Notes under the pieces: model-generated
Told to the model about the DNA's origin: nothing
The model's database searches: none
Seen by the model: only the letters and a program-made list of their open reading frames with translations
Shown: positions 38,504 through 47,870 of the stretch, piece after piece
Layout: each line of letters starts with the position of its first letter
Numbering within the stretch: the first letter of the stretch is position 1
From: a virus
Length of the DNA stretch: 64,000 bases
Reading direction: 5' to 3' (one strand)
Virus record (IMG/VR): IMGVR_UViG_3300034072_000375
Coordinates: 1 to 64,000 of that record
Position numbers and translations under genes: made by a program

Positions 38504-38859
38504 AACCCTACCTGCACGGAAGAATTCACGCCAAGAAGTACGGAGGGGTGCCAGAAGACTACATGGATATTGATGATTTCATTGACTCATCTAAATCTTC
38601 CGTCCCTGATATTCGCCATCGTGCAATCTTGCATAGTAGCTTTGGTTGTTTTATTGTAGAGAAAGTCTTCGGTGCAACTCGCGTTAATTCTGAAGGTAAA
38701 ACTTACTCTCCCAGAGATGTAGCTGAAGACCATATTACGCAAGACCTTGGATTCATTCCAACAATGGAGCAGTACCTGAACAACATGCAAATCCAGCCTT
38801 GGATGAACGGCACAGAGAAACGTAATACTGCTAAAGTCAAGCAGATTTTAATTGACTGA
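38500..38859 (+). CDS. Conserved phage hypothetical protein (His-rich, helical)
   Basis: PYLHG..HAKKYGG.PEDY..I.DFIDSSK..RHRAILHS.FG..AEDHI.QDLGFIPT. Confidence 0.75.
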   Translation: MKPYLHGRIHAKKYGGVPEDYMDIDDFIDSSKSSVPDIRHRAILHSSFGCFIVEKVFGATRVNSEGKTYSPRDVAEDHITQDLGFIPTMEQYLNNMQIQPWMNGTEKRNTAKVKQILID

Positions 38860-38882
38860 TTTACCTCTTGAAAGGAGATAAT

Positions 38883-39392
38883 GTGAAGGAAATTTATAAG
38901 ATTGAAAAAGAGATTCAAGCCTTGAACAAAGAACGTCAGGACTTGCAAACGAAATACCAAACAAAGATGCAAGAACATCTGAAGGGTTTGACTAAGGCAT
39001 TCTTCAAGGACAACCCTCAAGTAACAGCATTCGTATGGACGCAATATACTCCATACTTCAATGATGGCGATGAATGTACTTTTAGGCGTAATGAAATCTC
39101 TGTGACGAACTGCCCGCTAGATGAGATTGATGACGTTCGCTATGATGAATATGAAGGTGAAACTGAAAATGTCTTCGTAAGTGACTTCTCTGATTTGTTC
39201 ATGAAGAGCGATTACTACAAAAATGAACGTCAAAAGATTATTGATTCGGGGGTAGATATCAAAGCTGTGCAGCAGTTCGTGAAGATTCTTGATAGTATTG
39301 ACGAAGATGTTTACTTGGAGACTTTTGGTAATCATGTACGAGTAGTTGCTACTGCACAAGGTTTTGATATTGAAGAATACGGTCACGATTAA
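38883..39392 (+). CDS. Hypothetical protein
   Basis: WTQYTPYFNDGDEC.F...FG.H motif. SD AAGGAG. Confidence 0.75.
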   Translation: MKEIYKIEKEIQALNKERQDLQTKYQTKMQEHLKGLTKAFFKDNPQVTAFVWTQYTPYFNDGDECTFRRNEISVTNCPLDEIDDVRYDEYEGETENVFVSDFSDLFMKSDYYKNERQKIIDSGVDIKAVQQFVKILDSIDEDVYLETFGNHVRVVATAQGFDIEEYGHD

Positions 39393-39578
39393 TACTATGA
39401 AAATCAAAATCACCAAGTCAAGTAATAACCGTTCATGGTATGATAACCGCATAGGGGAGACTTTTCACGTCAGACGTATCGACAGTGATTGCTATTGGGT
39501 TAAACCCAATCCCGATGACCCCTACTCTGGTTGGAACTTTGTTCCGTTTGAGCACTGTGAAATTTATAAGGAGAAAGA

Positions 39579-40049
39579 TTGAAAGAACTAACTTACCTAT
39601 ATGAGAACTCCCTGAAGGCTTGCGAGATTGCAGGGCAGAACCTAGAGATTGAACCAAAAGCACGAAAACAACAACTCTCGTACATCCAAAGTGAAGTACA
39701 AGAACTAGCCGAGGCTTTGGAAGAAACTGATCTAGTAGAAGAGCTGGACGCTTGCATGGACGCGCTCGTTACGATCTTTGGATACATCCAGAAACTAGAG
39801 GCACTGGGAGCACGAGTAGATGTAGCAATGGTAAAGACTGCTGACAATAATCTTTCTAAGTTTCCGACTACACTAGAGGAAGTTCAACAGACGCAAGAGT
39901 TCTACAAGACTGTTAAGAACAAGGAGACTGTTTTCGGTTATAATTCTGATTACAAACGCTACGTTGTTCGGGATATGAACGGGAAGTACTTGAAGTGTAA
40001 AAGTTTTGTAGAGAATGATTTGAGTGGTTGTTTTGGTAAAGGAGAATGA
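39579..40049 (+). CDS. MazG-like all-alpha nucleoside triphosphate pyrophosphohydrolase
   Basis: SEVQELAEA...EELDACMD...NNLSKF...GKYLK. Confidence 0.8.
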   Translation: MKELTYLYENSLKACEIAGQNLEIEPKARKQQLSYIQSEVQELAEALEETDLVEELDACMDALVTIFGYIQKLEALGARVDVAMVKTADNNLSKFPTTLEEVQQTQEFYKTVKNKETVFGYNSDYKRYVVRDMNGKYLKCKSFVENDLSGCFGKGE

Positions 40050-40522
40050 TGTTTAAACCAACGCATATGGCAGTAGCAAACCTGAAGGGGTTTATTAGTA
40101 TTGGTCAAGACTGGCAACACGTCTACGATGACTGGTACATTAATGAAGATGGGGTCATGCTTTGTATTGCAAAACATAATCTTTGCAAGATTGAAGATGT
40201 TGAAAAGGCAGACATGCTCCTCCCAACAGACGCTCAAGAACGAAAGCAAATTCCGATTGTCTCTGGGGTACTTGATTACTTTCCACTGGCTATTGCTGAA
40301 GTTGCTAAGTGCTCTTGGGCTGGTAATCAACAGCATCATCCTGACAAAGAACTTCATTGGGATAAGACAAAGAGCACTGACCACGCAGATTGTATTGGAC
40401 GGCATTTGATTGATCGAGGTAAGTTCGATACGGATGGTCAACGGCACAGTGCAAAGCTTGCTTGGCGTGCTCTTGCACTGCTTCAGTTAGAGTTGGAAGA
40501 AGAAACTAAGAAAGGAAATTAA
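40046..40522 (+). CDS. dATP/dGTP diphosphohydrolase-domain protein (DUF5664-like)
   Basis: RK..P..G.LDYFP.A.AEVA..S..GN.QH...LHW...RHL...HSAKLAWRALA.LQ. Confidence 0.75.
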   Translation: MMFKPTHMAVANLKGFISIGQDWQHVYDDWYINEDGVMLCIAKHNLCKIEDVEKADMLLPTDAQERKQIPIVSGVLDYFPLAIAEVAKCSWAGNQQHHPDKELHWDKTKSTDHADCIGRHLIDRGKFDTDGQRHSAKLAWRALALLQLELEEETKKGN

Positions 40523-40524
40523 AA

Positions 40525-40749
40525 ATGGAAAATCAACATCGACAAATTAAAGGCTATCGAGAACTGTCTCAAGTTGAGATTGATCTTATGAACGAAATTA
40601 AAACCAAAGGAGCAGAGTTGGGAGAATTGGTCAATAAACTACGCACTACAGAAGGTCTTGATCAGCGATGGGTAAGCATTGGTGCTACGGATTTTCAAAC
40701 TGGTCTAATGGCGCTTACACGTAGTGTAGCTCAACCAACATTCTTTTGA
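40525..40749 (+). CDS. acb2: Anti-CBASS cyclic-oligonucleotide sponge Acb2 homolog
   Basis: MENQHRQIKGYRELSQ.EIDLMN.IK...RW.SIG.TD.QTG.MAL.R.VAQP.F closely matches the Acb2 consensus. Confidence 0.9.
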   Translation: MENQHRQIKGYRELSQVEIDLMNEIKTKGAELGELVNKLRTTEGLDQRWVSIGATDFQTGLMALTRSVAQPTFF

Positions 40750-41069
40750 AAGGAAACACTATGAAAGAGAACAACGAAGTTGTGAGCGCTAAAACTAAAG
40801 AAAACAAAATCCAAGAAGTAAAGCAAGCTATTGAAAAGGTTGCTGAGAATCGGACTTATAAGCTAGGCGATGAAGTGAAAGCTTATGGGAAGAATTGCAA
40901 GATTGTGGAGGTGCTTGAACCTAACCGTTTTCATGTGAAGAACCTTGACAGTCCTTTTGATTCATTCGTTGTTCTTGAAAATGAAATCGGAGTGGAAGTT
41001 CAGAAGAGCGAACACGATCCAGATTTGCTGTATCGTAAGGATGATCGTTTTAGTCTTTGAAAGGGAAGA

Positions 41070-41987
41070 ATGAGTTTTAATTCAGTACAAGTAATTCAAG
41101 ACAGTATCAATCTCAGCGGTAATCGCATCACTACATACGAGATTGAAACCTACCGTTATATTTGGGCAGAAGTGCTTACGCACAAAATGCTCAATAAGAA
41201 TGCTCAATCTTCCCGCGCTGTTCCGGTTAAGTCCGTTCTGTCTATTAATGAATCTGATCCAGTAACACCTATTGTATGGGGTAAGAATCAGGGAGGGATG
41301 TCAGCTTCAGAAGTACTAGAGGGTGTTGAGTTGGAATCCGCTAAGGCTTTGTGGGCAGAAGCTGCTAAGAATGCTTTTATCTTCTCTAAGCGATTGTCTG
41401 ATATTGGCCTTCACAAGATGTGGAGTAACAGGCTCACGGAACCGTTTAGTCGAATCAAAGTAGTGATGACAGGTACTGAGTGGGGCAACTTTGAATGGCT
41501 TCGTGATGATCCAGATGCTGCACAACCAGAGATTGTTGACCTTGCACGAAAGATTAAAGAAGCGAAGGCTGGTAGTATTCCTTTTGAACTTCGTGCCGGT
41601 GAGGCTCATGTTCCATATGTAGGTAGGCTACGTAATGATCCACGAGAGGGTGTAATCTATCTAGATAGTAACGACGATATCCTTTCTCTTGAAGATGCTT
41701 TGAAGATTAGTGCCAGTTGCTGCGGACAGGTTTCTTACAGAAAACTAGATGACAGTTTTGAGAAGGCGATGGAGATTTATAATCGCTTGTTTGATGGACC
41801 TAAACCGCATTACAGCCCATGCGAACATCAAGGTATTGCTATGAAAGTTACGAAGTTGCAGCATCTTTCAGTATTCAACCCTAACGTATGGGAAGAAGGT
41901 GTTAGCCACGTAGACCGTGAAGGTAACTTGTGGAGTGCAAATCTGAAGGGGTTTATTCAGCATCGTAAGCTGTTGGAAAATAATTAA
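41070..41987 (+). CDS. thyX: FAD-dependent thymidylate synthase (ThyX-like)
   Basis: RYIWAEVLTHK..NAQSSRAVP, LHK..NRL.EPF, LR..AQPEI and HYSPCEH. Confidence 0.85.
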   Translation: MSFNSVQVIQDSINLSGNRITTYEIETYRYIWAEVLTHKMLNKNAQSSRAVPVKSVLSINESDPVTPIVWGKNQGGMSASEVLEGVELESAKALWAEAAKNAFIFSKRLSDIGLHKMWSNRLTEPFSRIKVVMTGTEWGNFEWLRDDPDAAQPEIVDLARKIKEAKAGSIPFELRAGEAHVPYVGRLRNDPREGVIYLDSNDDILSLEDALKISASCCGQVSYRKLDDSFEKAMEIYNRLFDGPKPHYSPCEHQGIAMKVTKLQHLSVFNPNVWEEGVSHVDREGNLWSANLKGFIQHRKLLENN

Positions 41988-41988
41988 C

Positions 41989-42017
41989 TAGACATTTTAA
42001 GAAGTAAGGGGTATAAT
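41989..42017 (+). promoter_or_regulatory. Sigma70-type promoter for the nrd operon
   Basis: TAGACA-17 nt-TATAAT. Confidence 0.7.
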
Positions 42018-42049
42018 CGTTATTCCCCTCTTCTTGCGAAAGGAGAAAT

Positions 42050-42394
42050 ATGGCGCTAAACATTGCAGCTTTTGAAGCTATCAGCTTGTCGGAACTAGAA
42101 ACAGTGATGCCCTGGATCAATAAAGAATGGATTGATGATAATCCTGATACTTTCAAGCAAATGCTATATGACTGCGGATTGGATGCATTTAATTTTCCAA
42201 TTGATGAGCAGATGAATACGCATCGTAATCGTTTCAATAATATCATTACAACGTGGCGTTGGGTTTGTATGTCTAGAACGGACAAGGCTTGGGTAGAGTC
42301 TGGGTACGCATCGCAAGCATCTAAGGATCGGGCAACGGGAAATCGCCTGTTAGTAGACTGCTACCGGTTGCGTGGGGAAGTTGAAAGTGAATAA
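42050..42394 (+). CDS. Hypothetical protein
   Basis: 114 aa, SD AAGGAG. Confidence 0.7.
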   Translation: MALNIAAFEAISLSELETVMPWINKEWIDDNPDTFKQMLYDCGLDAFNFPIDEQMNTHRNRFNNIITTWRWVCMSRTDKAWVESGYASQASKDRATGNRLLVDCYRLRGEVESE

Positions 42395-42418
42395 GATTTA
42401 ATAACAACAAAGGAAATT

Positions 42419-43384
42419 ATGGAAAAATATCTACTTCCGATTAATGAAAGACAGGAGCCAATAGATTTTGCAGAACAACAACTTAAAGTATTTTGGACAG
42501 CAGATGAAGTAAAGGTAGAGAAAGATATTCAGGACGTTTTGGTTAATTTCACAGAGGCTGAAAAGCACGCTGTAATCACCACGCTTAAACTCTTCAGCAT
42601 TTATGAAACTCACGCAGGGGACGAATACTGGGGAGAACGGTTTAAAAAGATTTTTGATGGTGCAGAATTTCATCGTATGGCTTCAGTTTTTGCCATGTTT
42701 GAACTTGCAGTTCATGCACCGTTCTATAACAAAATCAATCAGCTTCTGCATATCGACACCCCAGAGTTTTACCTAAGTTATCTTGATGACTCTGTTCTGA
42801 AAGCAAGAGTAGAACATATTGGTGCCTTGATTGGTGACCCTGATGACCTTGTATCATTGGCATCTTTTAGTCTTGTTGAGGGTGGTATCCTATACAGCAA
42901 TTTTGCCTTCTTGAAGCACTACCAATCTCAGGGTAAGAATAAACTGATGAACGTAGTGCGAGGAATTAATTTTTCTGTTCGGGACGAAAATATTCACTCA
43001 GTAGCTGGAGCATGGTCATTTAAGTACCTGAAGGGGTTGCGTAATCTATCAATAGAGCAAGAGGTAGAACTTGAACAGAAGCTTAGATGCGTTGTTCGAT
43101 TGATCTATGAGCACGAATGTCAAATTATTGCAAAACTATTTGAGAAGGGAGACATTCGTGGTATCACTGCTCACCAACTTGAATGCTTCGTTCAGTCTAG
43201 ATTGAATGAGTGTCTGAAGGAACTTGGTTATAAAAAGGAATACGAGGTTAAATACAACCCAATCTCAGAATGGTTCTACGATGGAATCAATAAGTTTCAA
43301 TTTAATGATTTCTTCTCGGGTCAAGGCAGAGAATATAACCGCAACTGGGATCAATCTGGTTTTGTGTGGAAAGGAAGTGAATGA
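42419..43384 (+). CDS. nrdB: Ribonucleotide reductase class I beta subunit
   Basis: FWTADEV..D, ELAVH..FY, VEG..LYSNF and RDENIH diiron ligands. Confidence 0.93.
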   Translation: MEKYLLPINERQEPIDFAEQQLKVFWTADEVKVEKDIQDVLVNFTEAEKHAVITTLKLFSIYETHAGDEYWGERFKKIFDGAEFHRMASVFAMFELAVHAPFYNKINQLLHIDTPEFYLSYLDDSVLKARVEHIGALIGDPDDLVSLASFSLVEGGILYSNFAFLKHYQSQGKNKLMNVVRGINFSVRDENIHSVAGAWSFKYLKGLRNLSIEQEVELEQKLRCVVRLIYEHECQIIAKLFEKGDIRGITAHQLECFVQSRLNECLKELGYKKEYEVKYNPISEWFYDGINKFQFNDFFSGQGREYNRNWDQSGFVWKGSE

Positions 43385-45084
43385 GTAATATCTATAAAGA
43401 ACTTAGTGAAGAACGAAAGCGTCTACAAGTAGAGGGGTTTGTACCTGAGTGGTACAGTACTGGTGGGTATCAGATGTTCAAAGAGAAGTACGAGTACCAG
43501 ACGGAAGGACGTAGTGTTCGTGGGCAATTTGAACGAATTGCTAAGACTGCTGCTAAACACCTAATTGGAACAAGATACGAGAAAGAGGCTGAAAGTAACT
43601 TCTTCAATCTTTTGTGGAATGGCTGGCTATCTCCGAGTACTCCAGTTCTTGCAAACATGGGGACTAATCGTGGTATGCCCGTATCTTGCTCTGGTACAGT
43701 AGTAGAAGACTCCGTAGATGGTTTCTACAGTAATCTCCGTGAAGTAGCTCTGCTGACTAAATACGGATTCGGTACAGCAAGTGATCTGAGCCATATTCGC
43801 CCAAGAGGCAGCAAGATTAGTGTAGGTGGTAAAGCTTCAGGCGTTATGCCTGTGATTAAAGAGCATGTTCAAGCCATGCGTAGTATTGCACAAGGTACTG
43901 CACGTAGAGGAGCATGGGCTTGCTATTTGGATATTGAGCATGGAGATTTCCATGAAGTAGTTGAGCATATTCTTGCAGAACCTGATGACCTGAACGTAGG
44001 TTGGACCATTAAACAATCTTTCATTGATAGTCTAAACTCCGGTGAAAAAGAAGCTATTGAGCGCTATCAGAAGGCTCTCAAAGTCAAGATGGTTACAGGT
44101 AAGGGATATTTCTTCTTTGTGGATAAGGCTAACGTCAAGCGTCCTGCTATGTATGTAGACAAGGGATTGTTTATTAACAACTCCCAACTTTGTTCAGAGA
44201 TTATGCTTTTCAACGACAATGAGCATACTTACACTTGTGTTCTAAGTTCAATGAATGTAGCTAAATACGATGATTGGAAAAACACTGCTGCTGTTTATTG
44301 GGCAACTATCTTTCTTGATTGCGTAGCTTCTGAGTTTATTGAAAAAGCTAAGACTGTTCCCGGACTAGAAAAAGCTGTACGATTCACCGAGAAATCCAGA
44401 GCGCTTGGTCTTGGTCAAGCCGGTATCTGTACTTTGTTTCAACAAAAGATGCTGCCATTCGAAAGCTTTGAAGCACACATGCTAAGTCAAGAAGTGGCTG
44501 CAACTATTTGGAAAGAAGCCACTCTTGCAACTAAAGACATGGCCAGCGAACTTGGAGAACCTGAATGGTGCAAAGGATATGATGTACGTAATACCCACCT
44601 GATTGCAATCGCACCGACCAAAAGTACGGCACTCTTAATCGGGGGTATTTCTGAAGGTATTAATCCTGATCCTGCAATGAGTTATACTCAAATGACTTCT
44701 GCTGGTGAAGTAGATCGTACTAACCCTGTCTTGCTTGATTTGATGAAGAAGAAAGGTGTCTATACTAAGAAGCACATCCAAGAGATTACGGATGCTCAAG
44801 GTTCTGTTCAAGGCGTGAGTTGGTTGACTCCTGAAGAAAAGGAAGTCTTTAAAACTGCGTTTGAAATTAATCAGAAAGCTGTTCTTCGTCTAGCTTCTGC
44901 TCGTAGTAGATACATCGACCAGTGGCAATCTCTGAACTTGTTCTTCTCTGCTGATGAAGACCCGGCTTGGATTGCTGAAGTTCATCAAGAGGCTTTTGTT
45001 GATCCTAATATTCTTGCTTTGTATTACGTCTATACACAAGCTGGGGTACAGGCGTCAAAAGGCGAGTGCGAAGCCTGCATGTAG
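43381..45084 (+). CDS. nrdA: Ribonucleotide reductase class I alpha subunit (short, no ATP cone)
   Basis: SPSTP, VSC, RRGA, QLCSEI, IAPTKST, IDQ.QSLN, LYY and C-terminal CEAC. Confidence 0.95.
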   Translation: MSNIYKELSEERKRLQVEGFVPEWYSTGGYQMFKEKYEYQTEGRSVRGQFERIAKTAAKHLIGTRYEKEAESNFFNLLWNGWLSPSTPVLANMGTNRGMPVSCSGTVVEDSVDGFYSNLREVALLTKYGFGTASDLSHIRPRGSKISVGGKASGVMPVIKEHVQAMRSIAQGTARRGAWACYLDIEHGDFHEVVEHILAEPDDLNVGWTIKQSFIDSLNSGEKEAIERYQKALKVKMVTGKGYFFFVDKANVKRPAMYVDKGLFINNSQLCSEIMLFNDNEHTYTCVLSSMNVAKYDDWKNTAAVYWATIFLDCVASEFIEKAKTVPGLEKAVRFTEKSRALGLGQAGICTLFQQKMLPFESFEAHMLSQEVAATIWKEATLATKDMASELGEPEWCKGYDVRNTHLIAIAPTKSTALLIGGISEGINPDPAMSYTQMTSAGEVDRTNPVLLDLMKKKGVYTKKHIQEITDAQGSVQGVSWLTPEEKEVFKTAFEINQKAVLRLASARSRYIDQWQSLNLFFSADEDPAWIAEVHQEAFVDPNILALYYVYTQAGVQASKGECEACM

Positions 45085-45093
45085 GAGGAGATT

Positions 45094-45351
45094 ATGAAGT
45101 TATTAAAATTTGGAAGTGCATGGTGCCAATCGTGCAAGACACAAACTGCTCTGTTAAGTTCTATTGATCTTTCTGAGTACATCGTAGAATACATTGACAT
45201 TGACATTGACAACCTAGACAGACAAGCTTTGTCTAAGATGAAAGTTTCTGGTATTCCTACACTGATCATTCAGGATGACCAAGGCAACGAACTGAAGCGC
45301 AAGTCCGGGTCTTTGACTAAAAAGCAACTTCAGGACTTCTTGGGAATCTAA
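45094..45351 (+). CDS. Thioredoxin-like protein
   Basis: WCQSCK and GIPTL. Confidence 0.9.
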   Translation: MKLLKFGSAWCQSCKTQTALLSSIDLSEYIVEYIDIDIDNLDRQALSKMKVSGIPTLIIQDDQGNELKRKSGSLTKKQLQDFLGI

Positions 45352-45384
45352 CCCCTTGACAACTAAAATCTAATGCTATAAGAT

Positions 45385-45424
45385 ACCCCTCATTGGCTCC
45401 TTGTCGGTGAGGGGTTTTATTTTA
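45385..45424 (+). terminator. Intrinsic terminator overlapping a downstream-firing promoter
   Basis: ACCCCTCA/TGAGGGGT stem plus T-run. TTGACA-17-TAAGAT at 45356-45384 lies directly 5' of it. Confidence 0.7.
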
Positions 45425-45441
45425 ACTACTGAAAGGAAGTT

Positions 45442-46569
45442 ATGCTTAACGTACAAAAGTTCTTAACTGAACAGAAAGAACAAGGCAAGTTCACAACGGA
45501 ATGCTTCAATGCACTGACAGAACAATTTGGAATCAAAGTGAAATTTTATGACGAAGAAGGTATCGTTCTATTGGACTATCATCAAATTGATAGTCCAAAG
45601 ATGCACCCTGTTGTAATTGAATGCCGGAGCCTTATCTTGGACACTTTCACTTTTGAAGTAGTCTCCCGTAAGTTTGATCGCTTCTTCAACTACGGCGAAG
45701 CTCTGGAGTACTACCACGACTTTGACCTGTCCCGTTCTGTGATTATGGAAAAGGCGGACGGTTCATTGATTGGTGTCTACAATCACAACGGTAAGTGGCA
45801 TATCTCTACCCGTGGCATGGCTTTTGCAGAAGGTGAACACATTATGGGTGGGACTTTCCGAGACAAGGTACTAGATGCTTTTGAAGTCAATGAAGATGAA
45901 TTTCAATTAATCTTTAATAGTTATCCCAAGAACACTACTTTTGTATTTGAATATACTTCTCCAGAAAATAGAATTGTTACCAAGTATGAAGAGCCTATGA
46001 TGGTTATTCTGTCAGCAAATGATGGAGAAAAGGATTGGGATTATAAAACACTTGTAAAAGACTTGTGGCTACACCCTTTGAACATCCGTCAAGCGCGAGT
46101 ATATTCCGCAGACGACATGGAAGAAGTAGTAAAGCTGGCTAATTCTCTCCCTGACCTGCAAGAAGGCTTTGTAATTTATGACCCTATCGGTAACAAGCGA
46201 ATGAAGGTCAAAAGTTCTCTATATGTGGTAGCTCATTCTATTCGTGGCAATGATCCTCTTCCTACAAAGAAGAATCTACTACGTCTATTGTTTACAGGTG
46301 AACTTGATGAGTTTATTGCTTACTTCCCAGAGTGGAAAGAAAAAGCAATTAATATTGAAAAGGAAGTAGAACAGTCTCTTGAAAAGTTAGCTAATGCTTG
46401 GGGCTTATTTAAAAATCTAGAATCTCAGAAGGACTTTGCCATTGCAATCAAGGATGTGAAGTACAATGGTCTTTTGTTTCAAGCTAGAAAAACTAATACT
46501 ACCTTGCAAGATGTTTGGGATCATTATTTGAGCGTTGACAAAAAGATTTCTATGTTTGAGAAGGAGTAA
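45442..46569 (+). CDS. RNA ligase 1 (T4 Rnl1-like)
   Basis: ECRSLIL, KFDRFFNYGE, motif I EKADGS, FVFEY..PENRIV, EGFVI and MKVKS..Y. Confidence 0.9.
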   Translation: MLNVQKFLTEQKEQGKFTTECFNALTEQFGIKVKFYDEEGIVLLDYHQIDSPKMHPVVIECRSLILDTFTFEVVSRKFDRFFNYGEALEYYHDFDLSRSVIMEKADGSLIGVYNHNGKWHISTRGMAFAEGEHIMGGTFRDKVLDAFEVNEDEFQLIFNSYPKNTTFVFEYTSPENRIVTKYEEPMMVILSANDGEKDWDYKTLVKDLWLHPLNIRQARVYSADDMEEVVKLANSLPDLQEGFVIYDPIGNKRMKVKSSLYVVAHSIRGNDPLPTKKNLLRLLFTGELDEFIAYFPEWKEKAINIEKEVEQSLEKLANAWGLFKNLESQKDFAIAIKDVKYNGLLFQARKTNTTLQDVWDHYLSVDKKISMFEKE

Positions 46570-47164
46570 ACGTGCTAACTACTAAACCAAAAGTTCAAAT
46601 TAAACTCAAGAAACATGAGTACATCATTGCTGTTGTTCCCGAATACTGCTCTGGGCCGGGATGGTCTAACTCTGTTCTATGGGTGCATATTGCAGATGGA
46701 AACACTCGCACCTATAGAACCGAAGCTATTCAACCTGATGAACGCAACAGGGATCAATGGGTGCTGTTCAAGGCTGGAGAAGCAATGCATCGAGCCTTGG
46801 TTGACTCTGTTATTGTAAAGAAGGAGAAGTGACTTGCAAATCCCTAAAGAAAAAGGCTGGGTTATCCGAGGAACTTGTGATAGAGTTTGGTTCCTACCTT
46901 ATTCTAAAGTTGTTCAAGACTACAAGAACTTCATTATGGAATACGATGGTCTGACTGAAGAACAAGCAGATGAGCGGATTGGAGATGAGGATATCTCCTT
47001 TTGGTTCTATGAGCAATACATCTGGTCAGAAGTTGAAAGAGATGCTATACTTCTGACTAAACCTGTTCCCAAGAAGTACAAGAAGTTCTTGGATTTCTAC
47101 AGGGACTATGACAGTTCTGAACCTTGGCAAGATGCTAGTAGAGTAAATTTTAAGGAGGAATAAC

Positions 47165-47419
47165 TTGCAATCTAAAATTGATAGTCTTATAGAGTCCATA
47201 CTGAATGTTGGGATTGGCTTTGGAGTCTCTGTAGTAGCTAACTTCGTAATCTTCCCTTGGGTTGGTATTACAGCTTCTACAACCCAAGTTATTGCAGTCG
47301 GAATTTTTATGACGTTTGTAAGCGTAGCTAGATCATACTTCGTTCGCAGATGGGCTAATAAGTACCTTACTCAATTCCGAGAGAAGGTTGTGAACTTTTT
47401 AAAGAAGGAGGTTGCATGA
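47165..47419 (+). CDS. Small membrane protein (conserved phage family)
   Basis: QS..DS.IES..NV.IG...S.ARSY.VRRW with two transmembrane segments. Confidence 0.7.
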   Translation: MQSKIDSLIESILNVGIGFGVSVVANFVIFPWVGITASTTQVIAVGIFMTFVSVARSYFVRRWANKYLTQFREKVVNFLKKEVA

Positions 47420-47760
47420 AAGAAGATTTAATTCGAATTGAAGATTACAAGCGGTATCTCACGGAATACTCAATTCCACGATGGAAGAGAAGGTCTGAGG
47501 ATGTTAAGGCCAAATACAACGCAGCCAAACAAGAGTACGAATCTGGGTGGTTCGCTAAGCTTTTTGGATGTAAATTTGAACACTCGGAAGCTGTTCGTTG
47601 GGGTTGGTGGGAGTTCCATGAAGATGAGATTGAAGATCGTGAAGCAGAGCTTAACCGTTGCAATTATTTCGAGAAGTTGTTTAATACTCATATTCAACCA
47701 TCCTTGAATATCCATAAATCTTTCTATGAATGGTGCGAAGAAAATAAAGTACCTTATTGA
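47416..47760 (+). CDS. Hypothetical protein
   Basis: SD GGAGG. Last gene of the rightward block. Confidence 0.65.
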   Translation: MKEDLIRIEDYKRYLTEYSIPRWKRRSEDVKAKYNAAKQEYESGWFAKLFGCKFEHSEAVRWGWWEFHEDEIEDREAELNRCNYFEKLFNTHIQPSLNIHKSFYEWCEENKVPY

Positions 47761-47766
47761 TTAGAC

Positions 47767-47810
47767 AAAAGAAAAGCCCCTGGAACCTTTTTATAGGCTC
47801 TCAGGGGCTT
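47767..47810 (-). terminator. Terminator between convergent blocks, embedded in periodic element copy H
   Basis: AAGCCCCTG/CAGGGGCTT stem with a T-run on the minus strand. Confidence 0.7.
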
Positions 47811-47870
47811 AGTTATATCCGGGGTATACACACCCCTTAGTTTTTATTTTCAGGCTCTTCTTGGCCTGTT

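Noticed and set aside
39579-40522. 2-aminoadenine (Z) or 7-deazaguanine genome pathway implied by the DUF5664-like and MazG-like genes
   Set aside because: No PurZ, DatZ, DpdA, FolE, QueC, QueD or QueE genes are recognisable in this window.
25874-45084. Introns or inteins in the helicase, polymerase or nrd genes
   Set aside because: The reading frames are continuous, no C...HN intein termini are evident, and the endonucleases are intergenic.
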